Below, piece after piece: positions 9,223 to 19,777 of a stretch of 64,000 nucleotides of DNA (position 1 is the first letter of the stretch; each line of letters opens with the position of its first letter). Origin of the DNA: an uncultured virus (IMG/VR IMGVR_UViG_3300042868_008532) (taxonomy: Duplodnaviria; Heunggongvirae; Uroviricota; Caudoviricetes); the IMG/VR virus record IMGVR_UViG_3300042868_008532, positions 1 through 64,000 of that record; one strand, 5' to 3'. Made by a program: the position numbers and the translations under genes. The notes under the pieces are model-generated. The model made no database searches. It had not been told where the DNA came from and worked only from the letters and a program-made list of their open reading frames with translations.

Positions 9223-10727
9223 TAACAGTAATATACTCAACACATAAAGATGAACAATATAATAACAAATTTAAACAACATTTGTTACAAACCGTTGGTT
9301 TAAAAGACGTTCAAATTTTAGAATACAAAAACAATAATGAATTTAGTTTGGCTGAGATTTACAATAAAGGTATTTCTCAATCAATTTTTGATATTGTAAT
9401 TTGTTGTCATAACGATATCAAATTAGAAAATGGTTGGGGAAAAAAATTATTAAAAGATTTTTCAAATAACCCTGATTATGGGATTATTGGAAAAGCCGGT
9501 TCTTGTTATTTTCCTGAATCAGGGGTGTACTGGGAACGTATGCAACAAACAATGGTGGGACAAGTTTATCACCATCCCGATGGTCAAAATAAATGGTTAA
9601 GTAAATATTCTTTAAAATTACCATATTTAATTCCAGTAGTAACTATTGATGGGTTATTTATATCATTTGATAAAACAAAAATTAATCATCAATTTGATGA
9701 AACAATTGGAAGATTCCATTTTTACGACCATTTATTCTGTATTCCTAATTATATAGATGGTATTAAAATTGGTGTAACATCTTCTTTTGAAATTACACAT
9801 CAGTCCGTTGGGAGACCGAATCAAGAATTTTGGGAAAGTAAAGATAAATTTATTGAAAAGTGGGGAAGTAATTTGCCATTAGATTTAAAACCTGAAAAAA
9901 TTTACATTCCTGAAATAAAAGAAAAACCAATTAAGAATATTGGTAGAGTTGCGGTTATAATCCCAACCAAAGGAAATGTTGAAATGTTAAAAGAATGTGT
10001 TGATTCATTTTACAATTATTGTAATTCTGAGTTATTTGATATTTTTATTGCGGACACCGGTTCTACGGATGATGAAAAAGAAATATTAAAAAACAATATA
10101 AAAAATTATAACAACATAAAACTAATTGAGTACGATTACTATAATTTTTCAAAAATTAATAATGATGTTGTAAAAAATCACGTAACAAATAAACACGAAT
10201 TTTTATTATTCTGTAATAATGATATTAAATTATTAAATAATGTTATTTATGGAATGTTAAATATTTTTAAAACAACACCCAAAGTTGGTACCGTTGGGTG
10301 TCGACTTCATTTTGAAGATAATACTATTCAACACAACGGTGTTATTTTAGCTATAAATTCAAATAATATTTTTAATATTGGTCATGAAAATTTTAGTTGT
10401 TACTATAATTATATAATAAATAAAACAGAGGTTATTGGAAATACTGCAGCACTGATGATGATTAAAACAAATATATTTAAAGATAATGGTATGTTTAATG
10501 AGAATTATCTTGAGTGTTTTGAAGATGTAGAATTAAATTTTAAATGTGTAATAAGTGGATATAAAAATTATATGTGTGGTGATTTAGTTGGTTATCATTA
10601 TGAAAGTAAAACTAGAAATAACGATAACAATAAATTAACAAAACAAAACGAAGATTACTTAAAAAGATTATTACCATTTTTAAATAAAAATTATCTTAAA
10701 CTATTAAAACTAATTAAAAAAAATTAA
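9219..10727 (+). CDS. Two-domain GT2-family glycosyltransferase
   Basis: N-domain CCHNDI/FHFYD; C-domain VIIPT, DTGSTD, FCNND, FEDVE. Confidence 0.8.
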   Translation: MITVIYSTHKDEQYNNKFKQHLLQTVGLKDVQILEYKNNNEFSLAEIYNKGISQSIFDIVICCHNDIKLENGWGKKLLKDFSNNPDYGIIGKAGSCYFPESGVYWERMQQTMVGQVYHHPDGQNKWLSKYSLKLPYLIPVVTIDGLFISFDKTKINHQFDETIGRFHFYDHLFCIPNYIDGIKIGVTSSFEITHQSVGRPNQEFWESKDKFIEKWGSNLPLDLKPEKIYIPEIKEKPIKNIGRVAVIIPTKGNVEMLKECVDSFYNYCNSELFDIFIADTGSTDDEKEILKNNIKNYNNIKLIEYDYYNFSKINNDVVKNHVTNKHEFLLFCNNDIKLLNNVIYGMLNIFKTTPKVGTVGCRLHFEDNTIQHNGVILAINSNNIFNIGHENFSCYYNYIINKTEVIGNTAALMMIKTNIFKDNGMFNENYLECFEDVELNFKCVISGYKNYMCGDLVGYHYESKTRNNDNNKLTKQNEDYLKRLLPFLNKNYLKLLKLIKKN

Positions 10728-11287
10728 TGATAACGTTTTTAGCAACAGCATATAAAGAGACAACAGATTCTTATCAATTTATAAGTTCTTTAATATTACA
10801 ACAAAACCCAAATTGGGAGTGTATAATTCATTGTGATGAAAAAAATGAATATCTTGAAAAGTGTGTTAATTTTTTTAATTCGGATAAAATAAAAGTGATA
10901 TATAATGAAACACCAACGTCTTATTGGGGACATTTTAACCGAAAAAATACATTAGAATTAGTGAGTACTGAGTTTGTAATTCAAACGTCTATTCAGGACT
11001 ATTATACACCTAACACCGTAAGTGAATTATTGTCAAATTTGACTGATTGTGATATGGTTATGTATAATTGTATCCATAACCATTTTAATTATAATGTGTT
11101 AGACTCTACACCTATTAGATGTAGAATTGATTGGGGTTCATTTGTCATAAGAACAGACATAGCCAAAAAAGTGGGGATTAATCATCCTGAATCACCATTT
11201 TGCGATGGTATTTTTGTTGAAGAATGTTTAAAACATCCAAATATAAGAACGAAAAAAATAAATAAAATATTAACTGTACATAATTAA
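10727..11287 (+). CDS. GT2-like glycosyltransferase
   Basis: Q.NPNWECII, IDWGSFVIRT, DGIFVE, terminal VHN. Confidence 0.65.
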   Translation: MITFLATAYKETTDSYQFISSLILQQNPNWECIIHCDEKNEYLEKCVNFFNSDKIKVIYNETPTSYWGHFNRKNTLELVSTEFVIQTSIQDYYTPNTVSELLSNLTDCDMVMYNCIHNHFNYNVLDSTPIRCRIDWGSFVIRTDIAKKVGINHPESPFCDGIFVEECLKHPNIRTKKINKILTVHN

Positions 11288-12277
11288 ATGAAGATATCGA
11301 TTATTGGAACAGGGTGGGTTGGATGTCATTTGTCTAATGTGTTAAAAAACGAACACGATGTCACGCTATATGAAAAAAATGACAAAATATTTAATGGCAC
11401 TTCTTACTATAATCAAAATAGATTACATTATGGTTATCATTATGCGAGAAACTACGAAACCAGAAATTTGTGTAAAACAACTTTTTATAGGTTTATAAAC
11501 GACTATGGGTTTTGCGTGACCGATATTGATAAAAACTTTTATTGCGTACCTAAAAAATTATCTTTAATTGATTTAAACACATATTTAAAAATTTTTGATG
11601 AGTATCCGTCTGAATTAACTTCCCATAATTTTAGTAATACTGAAGGATGTATTTTAACAAATGAAAAACATATTAATTTTAAAAAAGTTAAAAATTATTT
11701 TCAAAAAGAATTAGATGGGTTAATAAAATATGAAACAATAGATAATGTAAAATTAGAACAACTATCTAAAAACTCGGATTTAGTTATTGATGCGACAAAT
11801 AATTTTATGGGATTAATAAATACTGATTTTTTTTATGAGTTAACCATAACATTAATTTATGATAAAATTAAATCAACTAATTTCGATTCTGTGACATTTG
11901 TTGATGGTGAACTATTTTCTATCTACCCTTATAAAGATAATAAGTTTACATTAACCGATGTTAAATTAACACCATTAAAAAAGTTTTCATCAGTTAATGA
12001 AATCGATGAATATAAAAAATTAATAAATGATGAATTTATTTTAAATAAAATTAAAGAATTTGAAAATCGAGTTATGACATTTATGCCGGAATTCAACGAA
12101 TACTTTAAATATGACTCTTATTTTTTATCAATAAAAAGTAAAGTAAATGATGAGTCGGATAGTCGATATCCAGTAATAAAACAAACAAACAATATAATTT
12201 CATGTTTTACCGGAAAAATACAAGGAATTTATATTATTGAGGATTATATTTTAAACATAATTAATAATGACAAATGA
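11288..12277 (+). CDS. FAD-dependent oxidoreductase
   Basis: IIGTGWVG Rossmann motif; TS..NQNRLHYGYHY; FTGKI. Confidence 0.8.
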   Translation: MKISIIGTGWVGCHLSNVLKNEHDVTLYEKNDKIFNGTSYYNQNRLHYGYHYARNYETRNLCKTTFYRFINDYGFCVTDIDKNFYCVPKKLSLIDLNTYLKIFDEYPSELTSHNFSNTEGCILTNEKHINFKKVKNYFQKELDGLIKYETIDNVKLEQLSKNSDLVIDATNNFMGLINTDFFYELTITLIYDKIKSTNFDSVTFVDGELFSIYPYKDNKFTLTDVKLTPLKKFSSVNEIDEYKKLINDEFILNKIKEFENRVMTFMPEFNEYFKYDSYFLSIKSKVNDESDSRYPVIKQTNNIISCFTGKIQGIYIIEDYILNIINNDK

Positions 12278-13313
12278 AGAATTATCGTTTCTATTTAACA
12301 AATACTTGAATAGAAATTTTACAAACCATGAACTAATTGTTCATGGTAAAAAAACAGTAAGTTTTTTAGAAAATGAAATATTAAATTGTAACGAATATTT
12401 AAAATTACCCACAAGAAATACTAACATAAATGATTTGAAAGTTGCCATTTTATTAAGTGGTCATATCAGAAAAAACTCAATATTAAAAGGGATAAATCAA
12501 TTTTGTAATAATGAAAATTTTCATGTTTTTATACATACATGGGATAATATAGGATTGAAAGGTAGTGAAACCTTATTAAACGATTTATCCGCCGAAACTT
12601 CCGTGATTTCTGAAATAAACAAATTCACTAATATGAAAAACCATGAAATAGATAATAATAAATATTGGATTGAATCTCAAGAAATTAAAGATAACTATTT
12701 TAATTTTTCATCTCCAGAAATTTTTATTAAATCTCAATTATATTCTATTAATAAATCATATAAATTAATGGAACAATATTCAAAAGAAAATAATATTGAA
12801 TATGATGTGGTTTTAAAAATAAGATTTGATTGTGATATGACAGAATTTAATTTAACAGATAAAATAATCTCAGACATAAAAACTCATGATATTATTTTTA
12901 CCCCTAATATTGATAATCAACATACTCACATGGACTATGGTACATCTTGTTGGGCATGTGACAGTTTATATTATAAACATAATAGAAAAATGGTTCATAT
13001 TTTTGACCACACAAATGTTATATGTGATTTATTTGCGTATGGGAGTAAAGATTCAATGAAACAATATTGTGATTTATATAATAATTATGATGAACTAAAC
13101 AAATCTTTTTTTGATAAAAATCTAAAGCAATTTAAAAGAGTCCCTAAAAATATTGTTCATGAAGGTGGTAATTATAACTTAAAAGGTCATGAAGGTCACG
13201 TAGATTCATTATATTATTACTATTGCTCATATCCGGAAAGATTACTACAATTTCAATTAAAAGATTATATGTTAGTTCAATCAAAAGAAATTAAATTAAA
13301 CTTAGTTCGATGA
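12267..13313 (+). CDS. Putative glycosyltransferase-like protein
   Basis: KVAILLSGHIR, VFIHTW, YDVVLKIRFD, D.FAYG, PE..L pattern seen in phage/viral sugar-cluster proteins. Confidence 0.5.
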   Translation: MTNEELSFLFNKYLNRNFTNHELIVHGKKTVSFLENEILNCNEYLKLPTRNTNINDLKVAILLSGHIRKNSILKGINQFCNNENFHVFIHTWDNIGLKGSETLLNDLSAETSVISEINKFTNMKNHEIDNNKYWIESQEIKDNYFNFSSPEIFIKSQLYSINKSYKLMEQYSKENNIEYDVVLKIRFDCDMTEFNLTDKIISDIKTHDIIFTPNIDNQHTHMDYGTSCWACDSLYYKHNRKMVHIFDHTNVICDLFAYGSKDSMKQYCDLYNNYDELNKSFFDKNLKQFKRVPKNIVHEGGNYNLKGHEGHVDSLYYYYCSYPERLLQFQLKDYMLVQSKEIKLNLVR

Positions 13314-14071
13314 AAATATTAATAGGAAACACCGGTTTAGTAGGGCAAACTTTAAAAGAAAGTATAAATTTTGAATTTGAATATAATTCAAAATCAATTC
13401 ATAATTATTTACCACCTGATGGATGTGACTTGTATTTATCTTGTTTACCTTCAACAAAATGGTTAATTAATAAAGATACGAAGTCAGATATTGAAACTGT
13501 GGTAGACATTATTAAATTAATAGGCGATGTTAAATATAAAAATGTATATGTAATATCTACGATTGATGTATATGGGAATTCACCTGTAGGTGTTGACGAA
13601 GATTTTGAACCAATATTCAAAGATTTTTCTTATGGGTCGAATAGATATCTTTTTGAAAAAATGGTTGTAAAACACTTAAACTATGAGAATGTAAAGATTT
13701 TTAGATTACCAGCTTTATTTAGTAAAAATATTAAAAAAAACATATTATACGATTTATTGAATAATAATAACATTCATATGATTAATAAAAATTCATCATT
13801 CCAATGGTATAATTTAAATGATTTGGTGAGTGATATAAATTTGTATGGTAAAAATTACTCTAACGAAATAGTTTTTAATTTATTTACGGAACCATTGGAA
13901 AGTGAAGAAATCATTAATTTATTCCCGTCTCATAAAGAAAAAGTTATACATTCCGAAATTAAAATACAGTACGATTATACGACCAAATATTCGTCAACCG
14001 GATACATAAAACCTAAAGAGGTAATATTAAATGAAATTAAAAAATTGGTAAACGAAATTGCTCTTAAATAA
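13310..14071 (+). CDS. NAD-dependent epimerase/dehydratase-like protein
   Basis: LIGNTGLVG, ISTIDVY, YG.NR..FE, RLPALF. Confidence 0.75.
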   Translation: MKILIGNTGLVGQTLKESINFEFEYNSKSIHNYLPPDGCDLYLSCLPSTKWLINKDTKSDIETVVDIIKLIGDVKYKNVYVISTIDVYGNSPVGVDEDFEPIFKDFSYGSNRYLFEKMVVKHLNYENVKIFRLPALFSKNIKKNILYDLLNNNNIHMINKNSSFQWYNLNDLVSDINLYGKNYSNEIVFNLFTEPLESEEIINLFPSHKEKVIHSEIKIQYDYTTKYSSTGYIKPKEVILNEIKKLVNEIALK

Positions 14072-14073
14072 TA

Positions 14074-15219
14074 TTATAAAGTCATTCTATTTGAATGATT
14101 AGATTTTATTTTTTCCATTGAGATTTCAATTGGTAAACACTTGTCACTAAAATAATTTATTTGGTTAAACAATGTTTCATGGTTTTTAATCTTGTTAACA
14201 TAATTATTTGTATCTAATAGTTCTTCAGTTAATATTTCATCAACAATTTTTGAGTATTCTATATTGGAAATACCTTCCTTATTTGGTAAAACTAAACAAC
14301 TTTCTTTTAAATCAATATCTTTAGTGAATATTTTTTGGTATAATAACAATTCTTCTTCGGATAGTATTGGTACTATATTATAAGCAAAACACTGATAAAA
14401 AGATATTCTAGTTGGGGTATCCCCTCTTAACACAAACAAATATTTTGTTTTCATTAATTCCTCTTCTATATTTAACATACTACCAATATAAACTTCTGTT
14501 TTTAATTGTAGTATAAAACTTCTAATTCTATTAAGTAATGGTCTAGACTCTGAATGTAAAGAACCAATAAATGTTAGGTCATATTTTTTTTCACAACTTA
14601 TAATTTTTTTTATAGAAGGAAGTGAAAATAAACTATTACTATTCAACACATATGGAATCGTAATTATTCTGTCGTATGTACCCATTTTAAAAGTTGTGGT
14701 AGTATTAAAAAAAGATACCTCATCCTCATAGCTTAAAATAAAAATATCCTTGTCGATTGATTCAAAAGAAGTTTCAAATAAAACATAACTATATAAAATA
14801 AAATGCGGAATTTTTAAATTTGATTCTACGTTATTTTTAATAAAATTATCCCAATAAAATTTAATAAAATTTTCTTTATACCCAACACCAAACGTAGGTG
14901 GTTGAACTTTTGGGATTAAATCAGAATACTTGTCATAACTTTTTAAATGAATAAAAAGTTTGTTATGATTACTAGGGGTTATAGACCCATAAATCAATCT
15001 AATAAAGTCTATCGGTATGAAAGCAATATCAGATTCATTGATATCATCAACCACTTCATATTTTAATTTTAGTTTATCCAAAAATATATTGTATAAATCC
15101 ATTTCAGGTGGTAAGGACTCAAAAAATGACATAATTTTTTCTAATTCTTTGATATTATAAATAAAAATCTTCATACTTATTAAATATAAGTCTATATGTC
15201 TAATAATAAATGTTTTCAC
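14074..15219 (-). CDS. Exostosin-like (GT47) glycosyltransferase; true start probably ~15174
   Basis: DIAFIP, LTFIGS, LRGDTPTRISFYQCFAYNIVPI resembles the exostosin C-terminal motif. Confidence 0.6.
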   Translation of the reverse strand: MKTFIIRHIDLYLISMKIFIYNIKELEKIMSFFESLPPEMDLYNIFLDKLKLKYEVVDDINESDIAFIPIDFIRLIYGSITPSNHNKLFIHLKSYDKYSDLIPKVQPPTFGVGYKENFIKFYWDNFIKNNVESNLKIPHFILYSYVLFETSFESIDKDIFILSYEDEVSFFNTTTTFKMGTYDRIITIPYVLNSNSLFSLPSIKKIISCEKKYDLTFIGSLHSESRPLLNRIRSFILQLKTEVYIGSMLNIEEELMKTKYLFVLRGDTPTRISFYQCFAYNIVPILSEEELLLYQKIFTKDIDLKESCLVLPNKEGISNIEYSKIVDEILTEELLDTNNYVNKIKNHETLFNQINYFSDKCLPIEISMEKIKSNHSNRMTL

Positions 15220-16206
15220 ATATTAAATATTAATCCCGAATTTAATTCAGACTTATTACCAATACACATAAATGATAATGAAATAATTAATAATCATTTT
15301 ATTAAATTTGACGATTATAAATTTTTACGGTCACAATATTCTTTAGAGATAGTGTTACATAATATGTTTAGAGAACACAAAAATTTAATAAATAATTATG
15401 AAAATTCTGACATCGTATTCATCCCTATTTATTTATTTTGCACCGCATGGTCAAAGAAATATTTTTATGATGTTAATCAAATAATTAATAAAATAAATTT
15501 AATCTTACCGTTAATTAATAACTGTGTTAATGATGGTAAAAAAGTTATTATTACTTATTCAGATGTTATGTGGGAGGATAATAGATGTTTTTTAAATTAC
15601 TTTAATTTCCATGAAAACATTTATGTTATTTGTTATGAAGATGTGATAAGTACAAACAATCAAATCCCGGTACCATATTGTACTCATATTAAAAAAAACC
15701 CAAAAGATTATATTATACCTCAAAACATTAACAAAAAACACTTAATAAGTTATGCAGGTAGATATAGAAAAGAAATTGATTACTTTAATAATATTCAGGT
15801 ATTAAATACAAATACAGTAATCGATGATAAATGGATTAGCATTAATAATGTGGACACATACAATGAAATTGATGAGCTTTATTTAAATAGTCATTTTTCG
15901 TTACAACCACATGGGGATAAACAATCGAGAAAAGGGTTCTATCATAGTTTATTACTTGGATGTATACCCGTAATATTTGATGACAATTATGGTATATATG
16001 AAAAAGTGTTAAATGGCATTGTTAATATTGAAGATATTTCTGTAATATTAAACAAACATGAAAACAATTTTGAAGACGTATTGAATAAAGAATTAATAAA
16101 CATTAATTCAAAGATTGAAAATATTAATAAAATAAAACATTTATTATTGTACGATGAGAATGATTTATCAATTGTTGATTTTATTTTAAATAAAATTAAA
16201 TTTTAA
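15196..16206 (+). CDS. Exostosin-like (GT47) glycosyltransferase
   Basis: SDIVFIPIY; SHFSLQPHGDKQSRKGFYHSLLLGCIPVIF. Confidence 0.75.
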   Translation: MSNNKCFHILNINPEFNSDLLPIHINDNEIINNHFIKFDDYKFLRSQYSLEIVLHNMFREHKNLINNYENSDIVFIPIYLFCTAWSKKYFYDVNQIINKINLILPLINNCVNDGKKVIITYSDVMWEDNRCFLNYFNFHENIYVICYEDVISTNNQIPVPYCTHIKKNPKDYIIPQNINKKHLISYAGRYRKEIDYFNNIQVLNTNTVIDDKWISINNVDTYNEIDELYLNSHFSLQPHGDKQSRKGFYHSLLLGCIPVIFDDNYGIYEKVLNGIVNIEDISVILNKHENNFEDVLNKELININSKIENINKIKHLLLYDENDLSIVDFILNKIKF

Positions 16207-16228
16207 AATATACAAATATATTAAAAAT

Positions 16229-16987
16229 ATGAAATTATCATTAAGTAACTTAGCGTGGGATATCTCCGATAACGACCAAATCTTAACTATATTAAAGACT
16301 AAAAATATTCATAATATTGAAGGTGTTCTAACTAAAATTAATGAATGGGATAAATTATCTAACGATGTTTTAATAGAGTATAAAAAAAAGTTAGACTCTT
16401 ACAATATTAAAATGGAGTCAATTCAGTCAATATTTTATGATGTTAAATGTGATGGAATTAAAGATACGAAAATAGTTTATAAACATATTGACAGACTAAT
16501 TGAAATATGTAAAATATTAGGGGTTAAGGTTATGGTTTTTGGGTCTCCTACCATTAGAAATGGAATCGTTGATGATTCGTTATCTAAAATATTTAAAAGG
16601 ATTGATAATTCACTTAACAATACAGGTATTGCTCTAACTATTGAACCTAACTCTAAAGTTTATGGGGGGAATTATTTTTATAATATAGAAGAAATTGTTG
16701 ATTTTATTAAAAATAATAAATTTATTAATATTAAAACAATGATTGATACCCATAACTTAAAATTAGAAGGTTACGACCCAATTATTGAATTAAGTAAGTA
16801 TTATGACTATATTAATCATATACATATTTCGGAAATAAAATTGACACCAATTATAAATCCTGATATACATATAAATTTCTCAAATGAACTTAAAAAATTA
16901 GGATATAATCAAATAATCACATATGAGGTTTTAAAATGTGATAATATTGAATCTGAAATAAAAAAATTTGTTGAGATTTACAACTAA
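16229..16987 (+). CDS. Sugar-phosphate isomerase/epimerase (xylose-isomerase-like TIM barrel)
   Basis: SNLAW, VFGSP, IEPN..YG, DTHN, HIHISE, terminal E. Confidence 0.8.
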   Translation: MKLSLSNLAWDISDNDQILTILKTKNIHNIEGVLTKINEWDKLSNDVLIEYKKKLDSYNIKMESIQSIFYDVKCDGIKDTKIVYKHIDRLIEICKILGVKVMVFGSPTIRNGIVDDSLSKIFKRIDNSLNNTGIALTIEPNSKVYGGNYFYNIEEIVDFIKNNKFINIKTMIDTHNLKLEGYDPIIELSKYYDYINHIHISEIKLTPIINPDIHINFSNELKKLGYNQIITYEVLKCDNIESEIKKFVEIYN

Positions 16988-17004
16988 ACAATTAAAAAAA
17001 TAAA

Positions 17005-17748
17005 ATGGCTGAACAGCGAAAAAAGAAACCAACAACAACTCCGAACTCGGAAGTGACCGGTAAACCGGTAAGTAAAAAAGATTTAATTGCTCAAATTATT
17101 AAAAGAAAAACTAAAGAAAAGTTTTTAACTTTAAATCAAAAAAAATATTACGATACTTTAATTGACAGTGAAATCACAGTTTGTTCGGGACCAGCGGGTG
17201 TCGGTAAAAGTTATATAACAATGAAAGCTGCGATTGACTTACTTTCAGACCCAAAAACCCCTTACGAAAAAATAATAATTGTTAGACCAGCTGTTGAGGC
17301 TGAAGAAAAATTGGGTTCACTACCAGGTAATGTTGAAGAAAAGTTAGACCCATATATCTTCCCATCTTATTACCTATTAAATAAAATTATTGGTAAAGAA
17401 TGTCGAGAAAAACTTAAAGAGATTGAAGTTATTGAAGTGTTTGCGTTAGCGTTTATGAGAGGTATGAATATTGACAATTCAATATTAATATTTGAAGAGG
17501 GTCAAAATGCGTCCCCGAGTCAAATGAAACTTCTTTTAACAAGAATAGGTTATAATAGTAAATTTTTTATATCAGGAGATGTTGAACAGTCTGATAAATA
17601 TAAAAATAAAACATTAAGTGGGTTATGGGACGCAATTGAAAAATTTAGAGATGACGACTATGTTTCCACATTTGAGTTTAAAGATAAAAATGATATCGTT
17701 AGAAATCCATTAATAAGTAAAATATTAGAAAAATACGAAGATAAATAG
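17005..17748 (+). CDS. phoH: PhoH-like ATPase
   Basis: GPAGVGKS, RPAVE, LG.LPG, FMRG, EEGQN, LTRIG, GD.EQ.D, VRNPLI. Confidence 0.92.
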   Translation: MAEQRKKKPTTTPNSEVTGKPVSKKDLIAQIIKRKTKEKFLTLNQKKYYDTLIDSEITVCSGPAGVGKSYITMKAAIDLLSDPKTPYEKIIIVRPAVEAEEKLGSLPGNVEEKLDPYIFPSYYLLNKIIGKECREKLKEIEVIEVFALAFMRGMNIDNSILIFEEGQNASPSQMKLLLTRIGYNSKFFISGDVEQSDKYKNKTLSGLWDAIEKFRDDDYVSTFEFKDKNDIVRNPLISKILEKYEDK

Positions 17749-17831
17749 AATTAAAAACATTAATTTAATAGAGAAGATAAGTGACTATATTTTAGTTTAC
17801 TTATCTTTTTTTTTATATAACTTTTATTGAT

Positions 17832-18434
17832 ATGAGAATCGGTATAGAAATTAATGGAGTATTACGAAATACTTTGGGGAAAATTGAACAAACTTATCAA
17901 AAATTTTTAATTGATAAAACAGATGGTATAGAGAATGAAGACTCTTTTGAATATAAGATGACTTATCCGATAAACAGTTTAACGTTAAATGAACATTTCT
18001 CATTTCCGGATGAAGATGAATTATTTTCATTTTTATATGAAGAATTTGCTATGGAAATTTTTGGTCACGCACAGTCTTCAGAATATAACACTTTTACTGA
18101 TTTAAACGAGGTTTACGTCTCTTTAAGAGATAATAATGATTTACTGATAGTTTCTGATGAAATAGGTAAATCAAAACCTGCATCACTATTCTTTTTATCC
18201 AAATTTGGTTGCCAATTAGAAAAAGTAAAATTTTATAGTAATTCAACAATTAATTCAATGTGGGATGAAATTGATATTTTACTTACATCAAATCCCATCT
18301 TATTATTGGAATATCCCTCAGATAAAATATTAATAAAATACGACACTGAGTATAATGAGAATATTAACACAATCCATTCTATAAAATCAATAAAAGAATT
18401 GGAGGATAAATTAAAACAAATTTTAGAATGTTAA
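17832..18434 (+). CDS. HAD / 5'(3')-deoxyribonucleotidase-like protein with degenerate motif I
   Basis: MRIGIEINGVLRN aligns with the usual IGIDIDGVL start but lacks both Asp. Confidence 0.5.
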   Translation: MRIGIEINGVLRNTLGKIEQTYQKFLIDKTDGIENEDSFEYKMTYPINSLTLNEHFSFPDEDELFSFLYEEFAMEIFGHAQSSEYNTFTDLNEVYVSLRDNNDLLIVSDEIGKSKPASLFFLSKFGCQLEKVKFYSNSTINSMWDEIDILLTSNPILLLEYPSDKILIKYDTEYNENINTIHSIKSIKELEDKLKQILEC

Positions 18435-18706
18435 AAGTATTAGGAGAAAACTATTATGTAGATTTGGATAAAATAGATGACTATGTCCAAATAAAACCAA
18501 AAAAAAATATCACATCAGGTGATACTGAAGGTACCGCCATTAGTATAATTAAATATGAAACTATCAAGTTAATGTTAGAAATAATTATGGATGAGCCTGA
18601 AGAGATTGACGAACAATTAGGGGCTAAAGGAACTAACAATTTATCTATACCCTTTAAATTAGCGTTTAATACTCTATTATATAAAAAATTACTAAATAAA
18701 ATATAA
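18428..18706 (+). CDS. Hypothetical phage protein
   Basis: 92-aa ORF overlapping the upstream gene. Confidence 0.65.
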   Translation: MLKVLGENYYVDLDKIDDYVQIKPKKNITSGDTEGTAISIIKYETIKLMLEIIMDEPEEIDEQLGAKGTNNLSIPFKLAFNTLLYKKLLNKI

Positions 18707-18711
18707 TTAAT

Positions 18712-19776
18712 ATGACACAAGAACAAATTACAAAGCTAGAACAGTCAATTCAAAACATGAAAGATAAAAAATCGAGAATTTATCTTTTAGTACAAGACAC
18801 TAAAGGTAATGCAAAAGCCTCTGTTGCTTACATATACGATTTAGGTATGACATTACTAAAAATTGGATATAATCCAATTATCTTACACGAAACACCGGAT
18901 TATACTGGTGTTGGAGAATGGTTAGGTGAAGAATACATGACATCATTACCTCATAAAACTATTGAGGGTCAAAATTTGGAAATTGCTCCTGAAGATTTAA
19001 TTGTTATTCCTGAATTATATGGGTTTGTTATGAGTCAAATTGCAAAGTTACCTTGTGGTAAAATTGTATTATCTCAAGCTCACGACCATATTTTGGAAAC
19101 TCTACAACCAGGTCAGACATGGTCGCAATTAGGGTTTTATAAATGTATAACAACATCTGAAACTCAAAAAGAATATATTGAAAATCTTATGAGAGGCATT
19201 TCAATTGATGTGTTAAAACCATTTATTTCAGATAAATTTAAACCTAATCCATTACCAGCAAAACCAATTATAGCGATTCACGCTAGAGAACAAAGAGAAG
19301 CTGTTAATATGATTAAAAGTTTTTACATTAAATTTCCACAATACAGATGGATAACTTTTAGAGATATGAGAGGATTAACTATTGACGAATTCGCAACAGC
19401 GATGAAAGATTGTTTCTTATCTGTTTGGATTGATGAGACAAGCTCTTACGGTACATTCCCATTAGAATCGATGAAATGTAAAATACCGGTAGTTGGTTTA
19501 GCACCAAATTTGGTACCTGAATGGATGAATGAAGATAACGGTATTTGGGTAAACAATAAAACTCAAATGGTTGATTATGTTGCCGACTTTTTACAAAATT
19601 GGTTAGAAGATAGTATTAATGAAAATTTAGAACAAGAAATAATTAAAACATCTGAAAATTTAAGTACTAAAGAAGATTTTGAAAAAATAGCGACAAATTT
19701 ATTTGAAGGATATCTAACAAAAAGATTAGAATCATTTGAAGAACAATTAAATAAACTACAAACAATAGAAGAATAA
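18712..19776 (+). CDS. Glycosyltransferase-like protein (GT-B)
   Basis: DLIVIPE; SSYGTFPLESMKCKIPVVG resembles the GT4 E..G....EAM..G.PVV motif. Confidence 0.6.
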   Translation: MTQEQITKLEQSIQNMKDKKSRIYLLVQDTKGNAKASVAYIYDLGMTLLKIGYNPIILHETPDYTGVGEWLGEEYMTSLPHKTIEGQNLEIAPEDLIVIPELYGFVMSQIAKLPCGKIVLSQAHDHILETLQPGQTWSQLGFYKCITTSETQKEYIENLMRGISIDVLKPFISDKFKPNPLPAKPIIAIHAREQREAVNMIKSFYIKFPQYRWITFRDMRGLTIDEFATAMKDCFLSVWIDETSSYGTFPLESMKCKIPVVGLAPNLVPEWMNEDNGIWVNNKTQMVDYVADFLQNWLEDSINENLEQEIIKTSENLSTKEDFEKIATNLFEGYLTKRLESFEEQLNKLQTIEE

Positions 19777-19777
19777 T

